A stretch of 64,000 nucleotides of DNA from an uncultured virus (IMG/VR IMGVR_UViG_3300042145_000066). Taxonomy: Duplodnaviria; Heunggongvirae; Uroviricota; Caudoviricetes. The stretch is from IMG/VR virus record IMGVR_UViG_3300042145_000066; one strand, given 5' to 3'. Shown here piece by piece: positions 44,312-54,158 of this stretch. The notes below the pieces were generated by a model. That model did no database searches. It was not told the origin of the DNA and worked only from the letters and a program-made list of their open reading frames with translations. Both the position numbers and the translations under genes were made by a program. Within the stretch, counting starts at the first letter, position 1; every line of letters begins with the position of its first letter.

Positions 44312-45914
44312 GTTCGTCGTCGACTTCCCCACCCTGTGGGTGGCTTGCGACTGGATCGAGCACCACTGCGTCGTGCCGGACGGCTTCCGCAAGGGCGAGT
44401 CGTTCCAGATGTACGACTGGCAGCTGTGGTGCACGGCGAACTTCTACCGGATTAGACCGCATGCTTCCGTGGGCCAATTGGCGCCGGCGTTTCACTACCG
44501 CCGCGCGCAGTGCGTGGCTCCTCAGAAGACCGGAAAGGGCCCGTGGACTGCGGCGATCTGCGCGAACGAGGGCGTCGGTCCGGCGGTGTTCAATGGCTGG
44601 GCGCGCGGCGGTGAGGTGTACGACTGCCGGGACTGGGGCTGTGGCTGCGGCTGGCTGTACGAGTACGAGCCTGGCGAGCCGATGGCCCGCCCATGGCCGA
44701 CACCGCTGGTGCAGATCACCGCATTCTCCGAGGAGCAGACGGACAACGTCTATCGCCCCCTGCAAGCGATGATCCGGTACGGCCCGCTGGGCGAGCTGAT
44801 GCGGGTCGGGGAGCAGTTCATTCGCCTCCCGAACGACGGCCGCATCGACGTCGTGACGTCTTCGGCGCAGTCCCGCCTCGGTAACCCGGTCACCTTCGTC
44901 CTGCAGGACGAGACGGGCCTGTGGACGGTGGGGAACAAGATGACCCGGGTGGCGGAGACGCAGCGTCGTGGCGCGGCCGGCATGGGCGGCCGGACGATGG
45001 AGACCACCAACTGCTGGGACCCGTCTGAGGAGTCGGTGGCGCAGCGCACCGCGGAGGCGAAGGTCAAGGACATCTTCCGCCTGCACAGGGTGCCGCCTGC
45101 GTCGCTGTCGTACAAGAACAAGGCGGAGCGCCGCCGCATCCACCGCTACGTGTACGCGGGTTCGACGCACGTGGATCTCGACGCGATCGAGGCCGAGGCG
45201 GCGGAGCTGCTGGAGCGGGATCCGGAGCAGGCGGAGCGGTTCTTCGGGAACCGGGTCGTGTACGGCTCGGGATCGTGGATGAACGGCGACGCCTGGGATG
45301 CCCTGGCCGAGCCGCGCGAGGTGCCGGACGGTACGGATGTAGTGGCTGGCTTCGATGGTTCGGACATTGACGACTGGACGGCGCTGCGCCTGGAGACACT
45401 GGACGGCTACCAGTTCACCCCGACCTATGGGCCGGACGAACTGCCGACGGTGTGGAACCCGGCGGACTACGGCGGGCAGGTGCCGCGCCTGGAGGTGACG
45501 GCCGCGATCGACGAGGTGTTCACCCGGTACAACGTGCTGCGGCTATACGCGGACCCGCCGTACTGGGAGTCGGAGATCGATGCAGCTGCGGAGAAGTACG
45601 GCGAGAAGCGAGTGCTGCGCTGGTACACATACCGCACCGTTCAGATGCACGCGGCTGCTGAACGCCTGCTGACGGATGTCACGAAGTCGGATGCCGCGTT
45701 CCGGCATGACGGCTGCGGTACGACGGCCGTGCACATGCGGAACGCCCGGAAGGCGGCACGTGCTGGGGGTCGTTACGTGCTAGCCAAGGCGTCCCCGACG
45801 CAGAAGATCGACGCGGCGATTCCGAGCATCCTCGCCCATGAGGCGGCCGGTGACGCGATGGCGGCTGGTCAGGCGAAGCCGAAGAAGAAGTCGAAGATGC
45901 TGGTTCTGCGGTGA
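44298..45914 (+). CDS. terL: Terminase large subunit
   Basis: Walker A PQKTGKG, Walker B VLQDE, nuclease GFDGS..DD, KIDAA. Confidence 0.93.
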   Translation: MTETEFVVDFPTLWVACDWIEHHCVVPDGFRKGESFQMYDWQLWCTANFYRIRPHASVGQLAPAFHYRRAQCVAPQKTGKGPWTAAICANEGVGPAVFNGWARGGEVYDCRDWGCGCGWLYEYEPGEPMARPWPTPLVQITAFSEEQTDNVYRPLQAMIRYGPLGELMRVGEQFIRLPNDGRIDVVTSSAQSRLGNPVTFVLQDETGLWTVGNKMTRVAETQRRGAAGMGGRTMETTNCWDPSEESVAQRTAEAKVKDIFRLHRVPPASLSYKNKAERRRIHRYVYAGSTHVDLDAIEAEAAELLERDPEQAERFFGNRVVYGSGSWMNGDAWDALAEPREVPDGTDVVAGFDGSDIDDWTALRLETLDGYQFTPTYGPDELPTVWNPADYGGQVPRLEVTAAIDEVFTRYNVLRLYADPPYWESEIDAAAEKYGEKRVLRWYTYRTVQMHAAAERLLTDVTKSDAAFRHDGCGTTAVHMRNARKAARAGGRYVLAKASPTQKIDAAIPSILAHEAAGDAMAAGQAKPKKKSKMLVLR

Positions 45915-45927
45915 GGCGAGGTGAGCT

Positions 45928-47373
45928 GTGGAGCGCACCGAGCTGGAGTGGCTGAAGCATCTGATCGCGTGCCATGACAAGGAGAAGCGTGAGCTGGAGC
46001 GGCTGAACTCCTTCTATGAGGGGACTCAGCCGCTCTCCTATATGGCGCCGGAGTTGCAGCGGGAGCTCGAGGAGTCGGTCCGCCAAGTGGTCATCAACTG
46101 GCCGCGCCTGGTGGTCGACTCCATCGAGGAGCGCCTCGATGTGGAGGGGTTCCGTTTCCCGGGCGAGGCGGAGGCCGACGCCGAGTTGTGGCGGATCTGG
46201 CAGGCCAACGATCTGGACGAGCAGTCACAGCAGGGGCATCTGGACGCCCTGGTGATGCGGCGCGCGTATGTGGTGGTCGGCTCGAACGACGAGGACCCGG
46301 CTACGCCGATCGTTACTGTCGAGTCAGCGTTGGACGTTTATGCGGAGCATGATCCGCGAACGCGCCAGGTGGCTGCCGCGGTGAAGCGGTGGCGTGAGGG
46401 CGAGGGCCCGTCGGCGGTCGATCACGCGACGTTGTATCTGCCCGACGCGACGATCTGGTGGGTGAAGGACAGCGGCGAGTGGGTTGAGGATCCCGATTTC
46501 CCTCGCGATGACCACGGCATGGATGCGGTGCCGGTGGAGGTGCTGGCGAATCGTCCGCGCCTGAAGTGTGCTGACGGGACGAGCGAGTTGGCGGATGTGA
46601 TTCCGCTGTCGGATGCCGCCTGCAAGATCGCCACCGACATGATGGTCAGTGCCGAGTACCATGCCACGCCGCGTCGCGTGGCGTTCGGGTTCGGCGAGGA
46701 GGACTTCGTCGATGAGCAGGGGCGCAGGCTCAGCGCGTTCAGCCGGATCATCGGCCGGATGTGGGCGACGGAGAAGAACCGCAAGGACGATGGCGCCGAT
46801 GTGGTGCAGTTTCCCGAGACGTCGCTCACCAACTTCCATTCGACGCTGGAGCAGTTGGCGAAACTCGTTGCCTCCTTGTCCGGTCTGCCGCCGTACTTCC
46901 TTGGTCAGTCAACTGCGAATCCGGCGTCGGCGGACGCGATCCGCTCGTCGGAGGCCCGGCTGGTGAAGCGGGCGGAGCGCAAGCAGCGGGCGTGGGGTGG
47001 CGCGTGGGAGCGCGTCATGAGGCTGGTGATCCGCGTTCGCGACGGAGCGTGGAACGGGGACGCCCGGGCGTTGGAGACGATCTGGCGGGATGCGTCGACA
47101 CCTACGGTGGCGCAGGCCGCGGATGCGGCGGTGAAGAAGTTCCAGGCGAAGATCGTGCCGTTGCGGCAGACCCGCGAAGACCTTGGCTACACGCAGGCGC
47201 AGATCGCTCGCATGGAGGAGCAGGACGAAGAGGCTGCGCGCGCGGTGATGCAGCGCCTTGCGGGCGGCGACGTGATCCCGCTGTTCGGACCGAAGCCGGA
47301 CGCGACAGCCGAGGACCTACCGCCGGACCTGGCGGCTGAGATGGCTGGGGTTGCTGGTGGCGACACCGGCTGA
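45928..47373 (+). CDS. Portal protein (SPP1 gp6-like)
   Basis: NWPRLVVDS.EERL..GF; IWQANDLD; NPASADAIR. Confidence 0.92.
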   Translation: MERTELEWLKHLIACHDKEKRELERLNSFYEGTQPLSYMAPELQRELEESVRQVVINWPRLVVDSIEERLDVEGFRFPGEAEADAELWRIWQANDLDEQSQQGHLDALVMRRAYVVVGSNDEDPATPIVTVESALDVYAEHDPRTRQVAAAVKRWREGEGPSAVDHATLYLPDATIWWVKDSGEWVEDPDFPRDDHGMDAVPVEVLANRPRLKCADGTSELADVIPLSDAACKIATDMMVSAEYHATPRRVAFGFGEEDFVDEQGRRLSAFSRIIGRMWATEKNRKDDGADVVQFPETSLTNFHSTLEQLAKLVASLSGLPPYFLGQSTANPASADAIRSSEARLVKRAERKQRAWGGAWERVMRLVIRVRDGAWNGDARALETIWRDASTPTVAQAADAAVKKFQAKIVPLRQTREDLGYTQAQIARMEEQDEEAARAVMQRLAGGDVIPLFGPKPDATAEDLPPDLAAEMAGVAGGDTG

Positions 47374-48343
47374 GCTCGGGCGGACCCGCTACGCGCAGGT
47401 GTCGACGATGATTCGGGCAATCGTCACGCAGATTCAGCAGATCTGGCGCGGAATGTCGGCGGAGTCAATCGAGGAAGATCTGCTTGGGCAGGCGGGCGCG
47501 GAAATCACCGAGGCTGTAGTTCAGGGCCAGTTGTCGGTGGCGGATGCGGCGCAGACGTATATCGCCGCGCAGATGGCGGCCCAGGGCGGGTCGGCGCTGG
47601 CGGAGGCCGCTCTGGTTGCGTCGGCTTTTGCGGGCATCGCCCCGGACGGGGGGTCGTTGGAGACGCTGTTGTTCCTGCCGGCGATCGGCGTGCGGCGGCG
47701 GCTCGCGGCGGGAATGGTGCCGGAGGAGGCGATGCTGGGCGGACTCGCTGACATGGCCCGGTATGCATCCACGGCGATCAGTGATTCGGCTCGCTCTGCC
47801 GATCAGGTGAGCATGGCGGCGAACCGGTCCTGTGTCGCCTACGTGCGGATCGTGCAGCTGCCTGCGTGTTCTCGCTGCATCATCCTGTCGGGCCAGATGT
47901 ACAGCTACAGCACTGGGTTCCTGCGGCATCCCTCGTGTGACTGCGTAACTGCTCCACTTCGCGAGCATGAGTGGCCGGACGTTCCGACGCCGCAGCAGTT
48001 GTTCGACCGCATGCCGGCGGCCGATCAGCGCAGGGTGTTCACGAACGCCGGGGCGCGTGCGATCAACTCGGGCGCGGATATCGGGCAGGTGGTGAACGCC
48101 CGTCGCGGCATGTCGACGGCACACCTGTTCGGCCGCGATCTTCAGGTGACGTCGGAGGGGACGACGCGGCGCGGCTTGTACGGCAGGCGCATGCGTCGCG
48201 CCGGCGGGGAGTTCATCCGCGTACCGGGCCAGCGCTATTCCCGGGTTACGGCCCCGCGCCTCATGCCCGAGGAAATCTTTCGGATAGCCGACGGCCGCAA
48301 CGAGCAGATCAGCCTGCTCTGGCGCAACGGCTATCTGTCGTAG
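47357..48343 (+). CDS. Minor head / capsid maturation (MuF-like) protein
   Basis: ACSRC..L...FLRHPSCDC after portal. Confidence 0.75.
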   Translation: MATPAELGRTRYAQVSTMIRAIVTQIQQIWRGMSAESIEEDLLGQAGAEITEAVVQGQLSVADAAQTYIAAQMAAQGGSALAEAALVASAFAGIAPDGGSLETLLFLPAIGVRRRLAAGMVPEEAMLGGLADMARYASTAISDSARSADQVSMAANRSCVAYVRIVQLPACSRCIILSGQMYSYSTGFLRHPSCDCVTAPLREHEWPDVPTPQQLFDRMPAADQRRVFTNAGARAINSGADIGQVVNARRGMSTAHLFGRDLQVTSEGTTRRGLYGRRMRRAGGEFIRVPGQRYSRVTAPRLMPEEIFRIADGRNEQISLLWRNGYLS

Positions 48344-48403
48344 ACCGCTCAACCATGGGGTGCCGCAATGGCCCCCTTTCGCCATGCACACGAAAGAGAC
48401 GCA

Positions 48404-49147
48404 ATGTCTGACTTGATGACGGCGCCGGCAACCGGCGTCACCTGGTTCAAGCTCACCCGGCACGACGACCCCGATCCTGCACCTGAGCAGCCCCCCGAGC
48501 CTGCCGCGGACCCGGATCCCGAGCCGCTCGCCGACCCCGAGCCTGACCCGGCGGATCCTGCCGACCCGGAGCCGGACCCTGAGGGTGCGGACAAGCTCGG
48601 AGACGCCGGCAAGAAGGCCCTGGACGCCATGAAGGCGGAGAAGGCGGCGGCGAAGAAGGAGGCAGCCGAGGAGCGGCGCAAGGCCGCAGCCCTGGCAAAG
48701 AAGGTCCAGGAGTTCGAGGACGAGAAGAAGTCCGAACTGGAAAAGGCCGCGTCGAAGGCGGAACGCGCGCAGGAACAGGCCACGAAGGCGGTCGCCCGCG
48801 CAGTGCAGGCCGAGGTCAAGGCCGCAGCGCGGGAGCAGTTCGCCGACGCAGGTGATGCCGTGGACGTCCTTATGCGAGACCCCAGTAAGTACGTGGACGA
48901 CTCCGGAGATATCGACACCGAGGCCATCGAGGCCGACCTGGCGGACCTGCTGGAACGCAAGCCTCACTGGGCCAAGCAGCAACCGACGCCGGAGCCTGCG
49001 GTCGAACCGGCCGCGGCCAGGCCTCGGCCGAAACCCGACCCCAGCCAGGGCCCGCGGCCTCCCGTCCCGGCGACTGACTTCCTGAACGCCTCCAAGGAGG
49101 ACGTTGCGAAGGAGCTCGCGAAGTACGGCTACAGGCAGCGCTCGTGA
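48404..49147 (+). CDS. Capsid scaffolding protein with cleavable leader
   Basis: DP/EP-rich region, LGDAGKKALDAMK coiled coil; leader WFKLTRH. Confidence 0.85.
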   Translation: MSDLMTAPATGVTWFKLTRHDDPDPAPEQPPEPAADPDPEPLADPEPDPADPADPEPDPEGADKLGDAGKKALDAMKAEKAAAKKEAAEERRKAAALAKKVQEFEDEKKSELEKAASKAERAQEQATKAVARAVQAEVKAAAREQFADAGDAVDVLMRDPSKYVDDSGDIDTEAIEADLADLLERKPHWAKQQPTPEPAVEPAAARPRPKPDPSQGPRPPVPATDFLNASKEDVAKELAKYGYRQRS

Positions 49148-49332
49148 TCGAAGTCCGTGCCCGGCTGGGCGACGGACTCACCTCCATTGAGGTGTCCGGA
49201 CACGAGGGTCACGCCGAGGACAGCCGCGTCTGCGCCGCCATCACGGCCATCACGCAAACCGCTCTGCTGGGCCTGGAGCAATACGCCCTGCAGTACCCGG
49301 ACCTCGTGTCCGTAGAAATCACCGAGGAGTAG
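49144..49332 (+). CDS. prp: Phage-encoded Prp-family ribosomal-processing cysteine protease (62 aa)
   Basis: IEVSGHEGH....VCAAITAITQT.LLGL matches the Prp GH / VCA catalytic His-Cys signature. Confidence 0.75.
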   Translation: MIEVRARLGDGLTSIEVSGHEGHAEDSRVCAAITAITQTALLGLEQYALQYPDLVSVEITEE

Positions 49333-49334
49333 GA

Positions 49335-50675
49335 ATGACCATCACCATGACCGCGGCCCGCCCGCGGATGAACGTCCAGCGGCGCACGGCCCGGCCGTGG
49401 TTCCGCCTCGACCGGCACGCCGGGGTGCGTGCGGCGCTGCCCGCGGGCATCCAGGCGATGCTGCAGAACGGCATGCTCGACCGGGTGTTCCGGGACGCGC
49501 TCGTGCCGAACTTCCTGTTCCCGCAGATCGCGGACTCGGAGCCGTGGATGGGCGGCCTGGGTGACACCAAGACGTTCACCCGCAAGGGCCTGCTGGCGCC
49601 GGTGACGACCCCGGTGACGGGTTCGGATCCGTCGGCGGCGACGTACTCGATCGAGCAGTGGTCCGTCACCATGGACCAGTACGCGAACTCGATGGACACC
49701 AACATGCTCGGCTCCGCGATGGCGCTGGCCAGCAAGTTCCTCGCGGACATCGAGAACCTTGGCATCAACGCCGGTCAGACCATCAACCAGGTCGCCCGGA
49801 ATAAGCTGTACAAGGCGTACTCGGGTGGCCGCACCTGGGCGACCGCGGCAGCTACGTCGGACACCAGCATCGTGGTGGAGTCCACGAATGGCTTCGAGAC
49901 TGTCATGGTCAACGGCGTCCCGACTGCGGTGTCCGCGTCGAATCCGCTGGCCGTCACGATCGACGGCGTCGCGAACACGGTGACCGGCGTCAACACCGGC
50001 ACCAAGACCCTCACTCTGGGCACCGCGCGCGTGGACGTGGTCGGCGACTACGTGGTGGCCGCGAACGCCCCGGTCAGTGTCCGGGCGACCGGCGACAGCG
50101 CGTTCGACCTGTCCAGCTCGAACGTGGTGACGTTCGCAAACTTCCGTGCGGCCGTGGCCCGGCTGCGGAAGATGGCGGTGCCCACGGTCGGCGGCTACTA
50201 CGTCGCCCACATCGACCCCGACACCGAGGCCCAGCTGTTCGCCGACTCGGACTTCAAGCAGGCCCTGCAGGGCCGGGTCGACTCGCCGATCTACACCGAT
50301 CTGTCGATCGGCCGGTTCGCGGGCATCGACTGGGTCCGCAACCTGGAGGCTCCGGTCATCACGAACGGCGGCTCGGCAGGCACGCTGACGGTGCACCGGC
50401 CGATCGTGCTCGGGGCGAACGCGCTGATGGCAGCCCCGTTCGAGGGCACCAACAACCTCCTCGCCGGAACCGGCGTCGAGGACGTGCCGGAGATCCGCAC
50501 CATCGCCGCTGCGCCGGCTGTCGACGTCACTCTGCTGGTACGTCCGGCGCAGGACCGTCTGCAGCAGGTCATCTCGTCCACCTGGTCATGGGTGGGCGAC
50601 TTCGGTGTTCCCTCCGATGCGGGCACGGGCGACGCGGCGCTGTACAAGCGCGGCGTGGTCATCGAGCACGCCTGA
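49335..50675 (+). CDS. Major capsid protein with cleavable leader
   Basis: Position and size; YYVAHIDP, IGRFAGID; leader WFRLDRH. Confidence 0.85.
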   Translation: MTITMTAARPRMNVQRRTARPWFRLDRHAGVRAALPAGIQAMLQNGMLDRVFRDALVPNFLFPQIADSEPWMGGLGDTKTFTRKGLLAPVTTPVTGSDPSAATYSIEQWSVTMDQYANSMDTNMLGSAMALASKFLADIENLGINAGQTINQVARNKLYKAYSGGRTWATAAATSDTSIVVESTNGFETVMVNGVPTAVSASNPLAVTIDGVANTVTGVNTGTKTLTLGTARVDVVGDYVVAANAPVSVRATGDSAFDLSSSNVVTFANFRAAVARLRKMAVPTVGGYYVAHIDPDTEAQLFADSDFKQALQGRVDSPIYTDLSIGRFAGIDWVRNLEAPVITNGGSAGTLTVHRPIVLGANALMAAPFEGTNNLLAGTGVEDVPEIRTIAAAPAVDVTLLVRPAQDRLQQVISSTWSWVGDFGVPSDAGTGDAALYKRGVVIEHA

Positions 50676-50681
50676 CCGTCT

Positions 50682-50713
50682 CCCGCCGGCGCGGCCGATG
50701 CCGCGTCGGCGGG
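50682..50713 (+). terminator. Hairpin after capsid gene
   Basis: cccgccggcgcggc..gccgcgtcggcggg. Confidence 0.5.
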
Positions 50714-50735
50714 ATTCCCGAGGAGGAGCACAGAC

Positions 50736-51104
50736 ATGCGCGTGCGCGTGCTGAAGACAGTCAGGGCGTACTGGAACTACGAGGTGCGCGACTTCCCGCC
50801 CGAGTCGGAGTTCGACGGCGACCTAGCCCGGCATCTCGCGGCGAATGCCCCCGCGGACACGGTGGAAGTCCTCGAAGCGGATCCCGAGCCGGAGGCCAAG
50901 GACCCTGACGCGGACGGTGGTGAGGATGGGGCGCCTGCCGAGCTGGACATCGACGGAACGGCGCAGGCCGTGCTGGCCTGGGTCGGGGAAGACCCGGATC
51001 GTGCCGCCGAGGCGCTGGCCGCGGAGCAGGCGAAGGACAAGCCGCGGTCGACGCTGGTGAAGCAGCTGGAGAAGCTCGCCGACTCCGACGAGGGCGACGA
51101 GTAG
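50736..51104 (+). CDS. Head-associated protein
   Basis: GAGGAG RBS; VLAWVG.D..RA..AL.AE...KPRSTL. Confidence 0.7.
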   Translation: MRVRVLKTVRAYWNYEVRDFPPESEFDGDLARHLAANAPADTVEVLEADPEPEAKDPDADGGEDGAPAELDIDGTAQAVLAWVGEDPDRAAEALAAEQAKDKPRSTLVKQLEKLADSDEGDE

Positions 51105-51119
51105 CCAGGAGGGGGCGCC

Positions 51120-51749
51120 ATGTCCCTGCCCAACCTGGCTACGGTCGCTGACCTGGAAGCCTACGCGCAGCGGGGGCCGCTGGATTCTGACACTGCGGAC
51201 CTCTCACTGCGTATCGCCTCGGCGGCCATCCGCCGCTACACCCGCCAGACCATCAGCTTCGTCGCGAACGAGACGGTCGTTCTGGAGGGCGGGGAGCGGG
51301 TGCTGAAGCTCCCACAGCGGCCTGCCGTGGTGAACAACGCCTACCCGCTGACCGTGGTGGAGATTCCCGACGGATCCGGGACCGAACTGCCGGCCGTCGA
51401 GGAGCGGGACTTCATCCGCCAGGGATCCGAGTTGCAGCGCGGTCAGCCCTACTATGTGCCGACGCGCACAATGGGCTGGCCGTGGGGTCGCCCGTTGGGT
51501 ATCTGGGCAGACCGGGTGCGGGTGACGTACTCGCACGGCTACGCGGAGATTCCCGACGACATCGTGGGTGTCTGCCTGGATCTGGCTGCGGCAACTCTGG
51601 CGAACCCGAACCGGCTGCGCTCGGAGCAGGTCGGCGGCATCTCCATCACGCACACGGTGGAGACATTCGGAACCGGCTCCCTCACCACGGATCACCGGAA
51701 GACCCTGCGCGAATTCCGGCGCACCACCGGGTCGGTGACGCTGCGGTGA
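51120..51749 (+). CDS. Head-to-tail adaptor
   Basis: LATVADL...RVTYSHGY..IPDDI..NP..LRSEQVG. Confidence 0.8.
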   Translation: MSLPNLATVADLEAYAQRGPLDSDTADLSLRIASAAIRRYTRQTISFVANETVVLEGGERVLKLPQRPAVVNNAYPLTVVEIPDGSGTELPAVEERDFIRQGSELQRGQPYYVPTRTMGWPWGRPLGIWADRVRVTYSHGYAEIPDDIVGVCLDLAAATLANPNRLRSEQVGGISITHTVETFGTGSLTTDHRKTLREFRRTTGSVTLR

Positions 51750-52090
51750 GCATTCTCTACCTGCAGTCGGTGACGGTCGTCCGACCGGCCCAGACCGAGG
51801 ACGACTACCACAACATCAAGCTGGACTACGGCGACGCCGCAACCCGCATCCCCGTGTCCGGCGTCAACGTGCAGCCGTTCGGCGGCAGCAACGAAGACAC
51901 CGACGACCGACAGGTCACGGTGACCGGCTGGCGCCTGTACACGCCACGCGGCCGGGATCTGGACCTGCGGGAGACAGACCGCATCGAGTTCGACGGCCTG
52001 GTCCTGCAGGTGACAGGCAAGGTAGCCCGCTGGCCGGCTCCGGGCGGAGGCGTCCACCACGTCGAGGCAGACCTTCGGGAGGTGGACTGA
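51746..52090 (+). CDS. Head-to-tail stopper
   Basis: VTVVRP..NVQP..WRLYTP..DRIEFDG..HHVEA.L. Confidence 0.8.
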   Translation: MSILYLQSVTVVRPAQTEDDYHNIKLDYGDAATRIPVSGVNVQPFGGSNEDTDDRQVTVTGWRLYTPRGRDLDLRETDRIEFDGLVLQVTGKVARWPAPGGGVHHVEADLREVD

Positions 52091-52464
52091 TGGCGTCCAC
52101 ACAGTTCCGGTACGTGCCGAACCCGCGCATGTTCCAGGAACTCGCCCGCTCGCCCGGTATGCGGGAAGCGCTGAAGGGGCCCGCGGACCGGGGGGCTGAT
52201 GTGGGCCGCGCAATCGCCCCGAAGTACACGGGCCCCACCTACGACCCGGCTGTGCAACGTAACGCCGAGTACGCAGCCAGCATCTACTCGGCGGCATCCC
52301 TGCAGCCGAACGGCTGGCGTGCCGAGTTCGGTGCCACGGCCGACTGGTGGGGGCAGGTCGAGTTCGGGTCCGGCCGTCCGGCAACCACACAGGACAGGCC
52401 GCAGGGCGGCTACTCCCCGAAGACACGCGTCCTCGGGCGTGCCCTGGACGCATTGAGGAGTTGA
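52090..52464 (+). CDS. Neck protein (HK97 gp10-like)
   Basis: VEFGS...RVLGRALDAL; synteny. Confidence 0.7.
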   Translation: MASTQFRYVPNPRMFQELARSPGMREALKGPADRGADVGRAIAPKYTGPTYDPAVQRNAEYAASIYSAASLQPNGWRAEFGATADWWGQVEFGSGRPATTQDRPQGGYSPKTRVLGRALDALRS

Positions 52465-52685
52465 TGATGCCCCGCATCAGGCTGGCTTACTGGCATTCCG
52501 GACACGCGCCGGGCGACGAGATCGACGTCACGGATGCTGAACTGGCGGCGTTGCAGCGTGACGGGCGCGTCGCCGAGGTCCTCGGAGGTGGCAACGGCAG
52601 TCCGCCGCCACCGAGCGTGTCCGTCGAGATCAATGAGCCCGTCGAGCCCTCGGCGCCGCCAGAGACGGGGCGTAAGCGGCGATGA
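52464..52685 (+). CDS. Small virion protein
   Basis: GAGGAG RBS; PGDEIDVTD.E...L.RDGR. Confidence 0.6.
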   Translation: MMPRIRLAYWHSGHAPGDEIDVTDAELAALQRDGRVAEVLGGGNGSPPPPSVSVEINEPVEPSAPPETGRKRR

Positions 52686-53101
52686 CCCTGCCCGTCGTAC
52701 CCATGCCGGACGTGGAGCAGGTCGTCGTCGACTACCTGCTGCCGCCCCGCTTGCCGGCGGGGACATTCGTCGGCACCGAGTGGCCGCCGAACCTGACATC
52801 CCGCCTCACGGACGGCGTAGTTGCGGTATCGCATGGCGGCGGGGGCACGCGCTTGAAGACTGTCACCGCCGACCGCACCGTCGACATCGACATTCTGGCC
52901 GCAACCAAGAAGCAAGCCCGCGATCTCGCCGCCGACGTGTCCGCGCAGCTGATCGCTGCCGAGGGCACGGTGCAACCAGGTGCCCGCATCTATGGCGTCG
53001 AGGAGACCAGCATCGTCTGGCTCCCCTACAGGCCGTCCGCTGAGACGGACCCGATCCCGCGGTACGTGCTCGTGATGAGCCTCGTGCTCCGCCCCGCGTA
53101 A
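52682..53101 (+). CDS. Tail terminator
   Basis: PDVEQVVVDYL..VDID..ARDLA..RY; precedes MTP. Confidence 0.75.
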   Translation: MTLPVVPMPDVEQVVVDYLLPPRLPAGTFVGTEWPPNLTSRLTDGVVAVSHGGGGTRLKTVTADRTVDIDILAATKKQARDLAADVSAQLIAAEGTVQPGARIYGVEETSIVWLPYRPSAETDPIPRYVLVMSLVLRPA

Positions 53102-53177
53102 CCCAACCCGCACTCCTCCTTTCCGTTTCACCCGCCGGCGAGCGCTGCGCGGGTCCTCGCCATGCCTGGAGGCATTC

Positions 53178-53738
53178 GTGGCGCTCAACGCTGACAACGT
53201 GCGCGTTGGTCTGAACGGCAACATCTACATGGCCCCCAAGGGCACAACAGCCCCGACCGATCTCGACACCGCATGGGCTGCGGCCTGGCTCGACCTGGGG
53301 TTCATGTCGGATGACGGCGTGTCCCTGGAGTACTCGACGGACGTCGAGGACATCAACGCATGGCAGTCCCTGTCCCCGGTCCGCCGCGTCCTCACCTCGG
53401 TGGACATGACGATGGGCTTCACCGCGATCGAGCTGAAGACGCGGACGGTGACCGCCTACTTCCCCGGCGCCACCATGACCGACGTCAGCGGCACCGTGCA
53501 CAAGCTCGACATCCCGTCCGCGCCCGGCCCGCAAGAGTTCGCGTTCGGCCTCGAATGGGTCGACGGCACCGTCAAGAACCGGCTCATCATTCCGCGCGGC
53601 GAGATCACCGACCGGGGTGCAATCACCGTCGGACGCTCCGAAGCCGTCGCCCTGGAGATGACCGTCTCCGCCTACGCCACCAGCGCTCCCGAGCTCGCCA
53701 CCTGGCTGTCCAACGACGAGGCCTGGTCTGCGGCGTAA
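53178..53738 (+). CDS. Major tail protein
   Basis: YMAPKGT.AP..W.DLGFMSDDGV..I.AWQ. Confidence 0.9.
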   Translation: MALNADNVRVGLNGNIYMAPKGTTAPTDLDTAWAAAWLDLGFMSDDGVSLEYSTDVEDINAWQSLSPVRRVLTSVDMTMGFTAIELKTRTVTAYFPGATMTDVSGTVHKLDIPSAPGPQEFAFGLEWVDGTVKNRLIIPRGEITDRGAITVGRSEAVALEMTVSAYATSAPELATWLSNDEAWSAA

Positions 53739-53816
53739 CCCCTCTGCTCCCGGCAGGCGTGCCATGCGGGTCGCGTCTGCCGGGCCCCAACCCGCTACAC
53801 CCGCAAGGAGAACCAC

Positions 53817-54158
53817 GTGACCACCAGCAAGAAGCCCACGACCGGAGCGACGGAAGTCGTCTCCCTTGACGCGCTCGCCAAGCAGCGCCGCGACGCCCTG
53901 CCCAAGCCGACACCCTATGAACTCTTCGGCGTGACGTTCACGATGCCGCCCGTCAAGAGCCTCCCCATGGACCTGCAAGAACGCATCGGCTCCTTGGAGA
54001 ACGGCTACGGCGTCATGGTCGAAGCCCTCGGCCGCAGCAAGGTCGACGAGATGGTGAAGGCCGGCTTCACCCTCGGCGACCTGGAAGTCATCGCCGAGGA
54101 CTGGCAGCGGCGCAACGGCGTCGAGCCGGGGGAATCCCAGGCCTCGCCCGTTTCCTGA
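53817..54158 (+). CDS. Tail assembly chaperone (G)
   Basis: Between MTP and TMP; ends near slippery GGGGGAA. Confidence 0.85.
   Translation: MTTSKKPTTGATEVVSLDALAKQRRDALPKPTPYELFGVTFTMPPVKSLPMDLQERIGSLENGYGVMVEALGRSKVDEMVKAGFTLGDLEVIAEDWQRRNGVEPGESQASPVS

Noticed and set aside
48460..48590. DPEP-type repeats as a DNA element
   Set aside because: Low-complexity coding region typical of scaffold proteins
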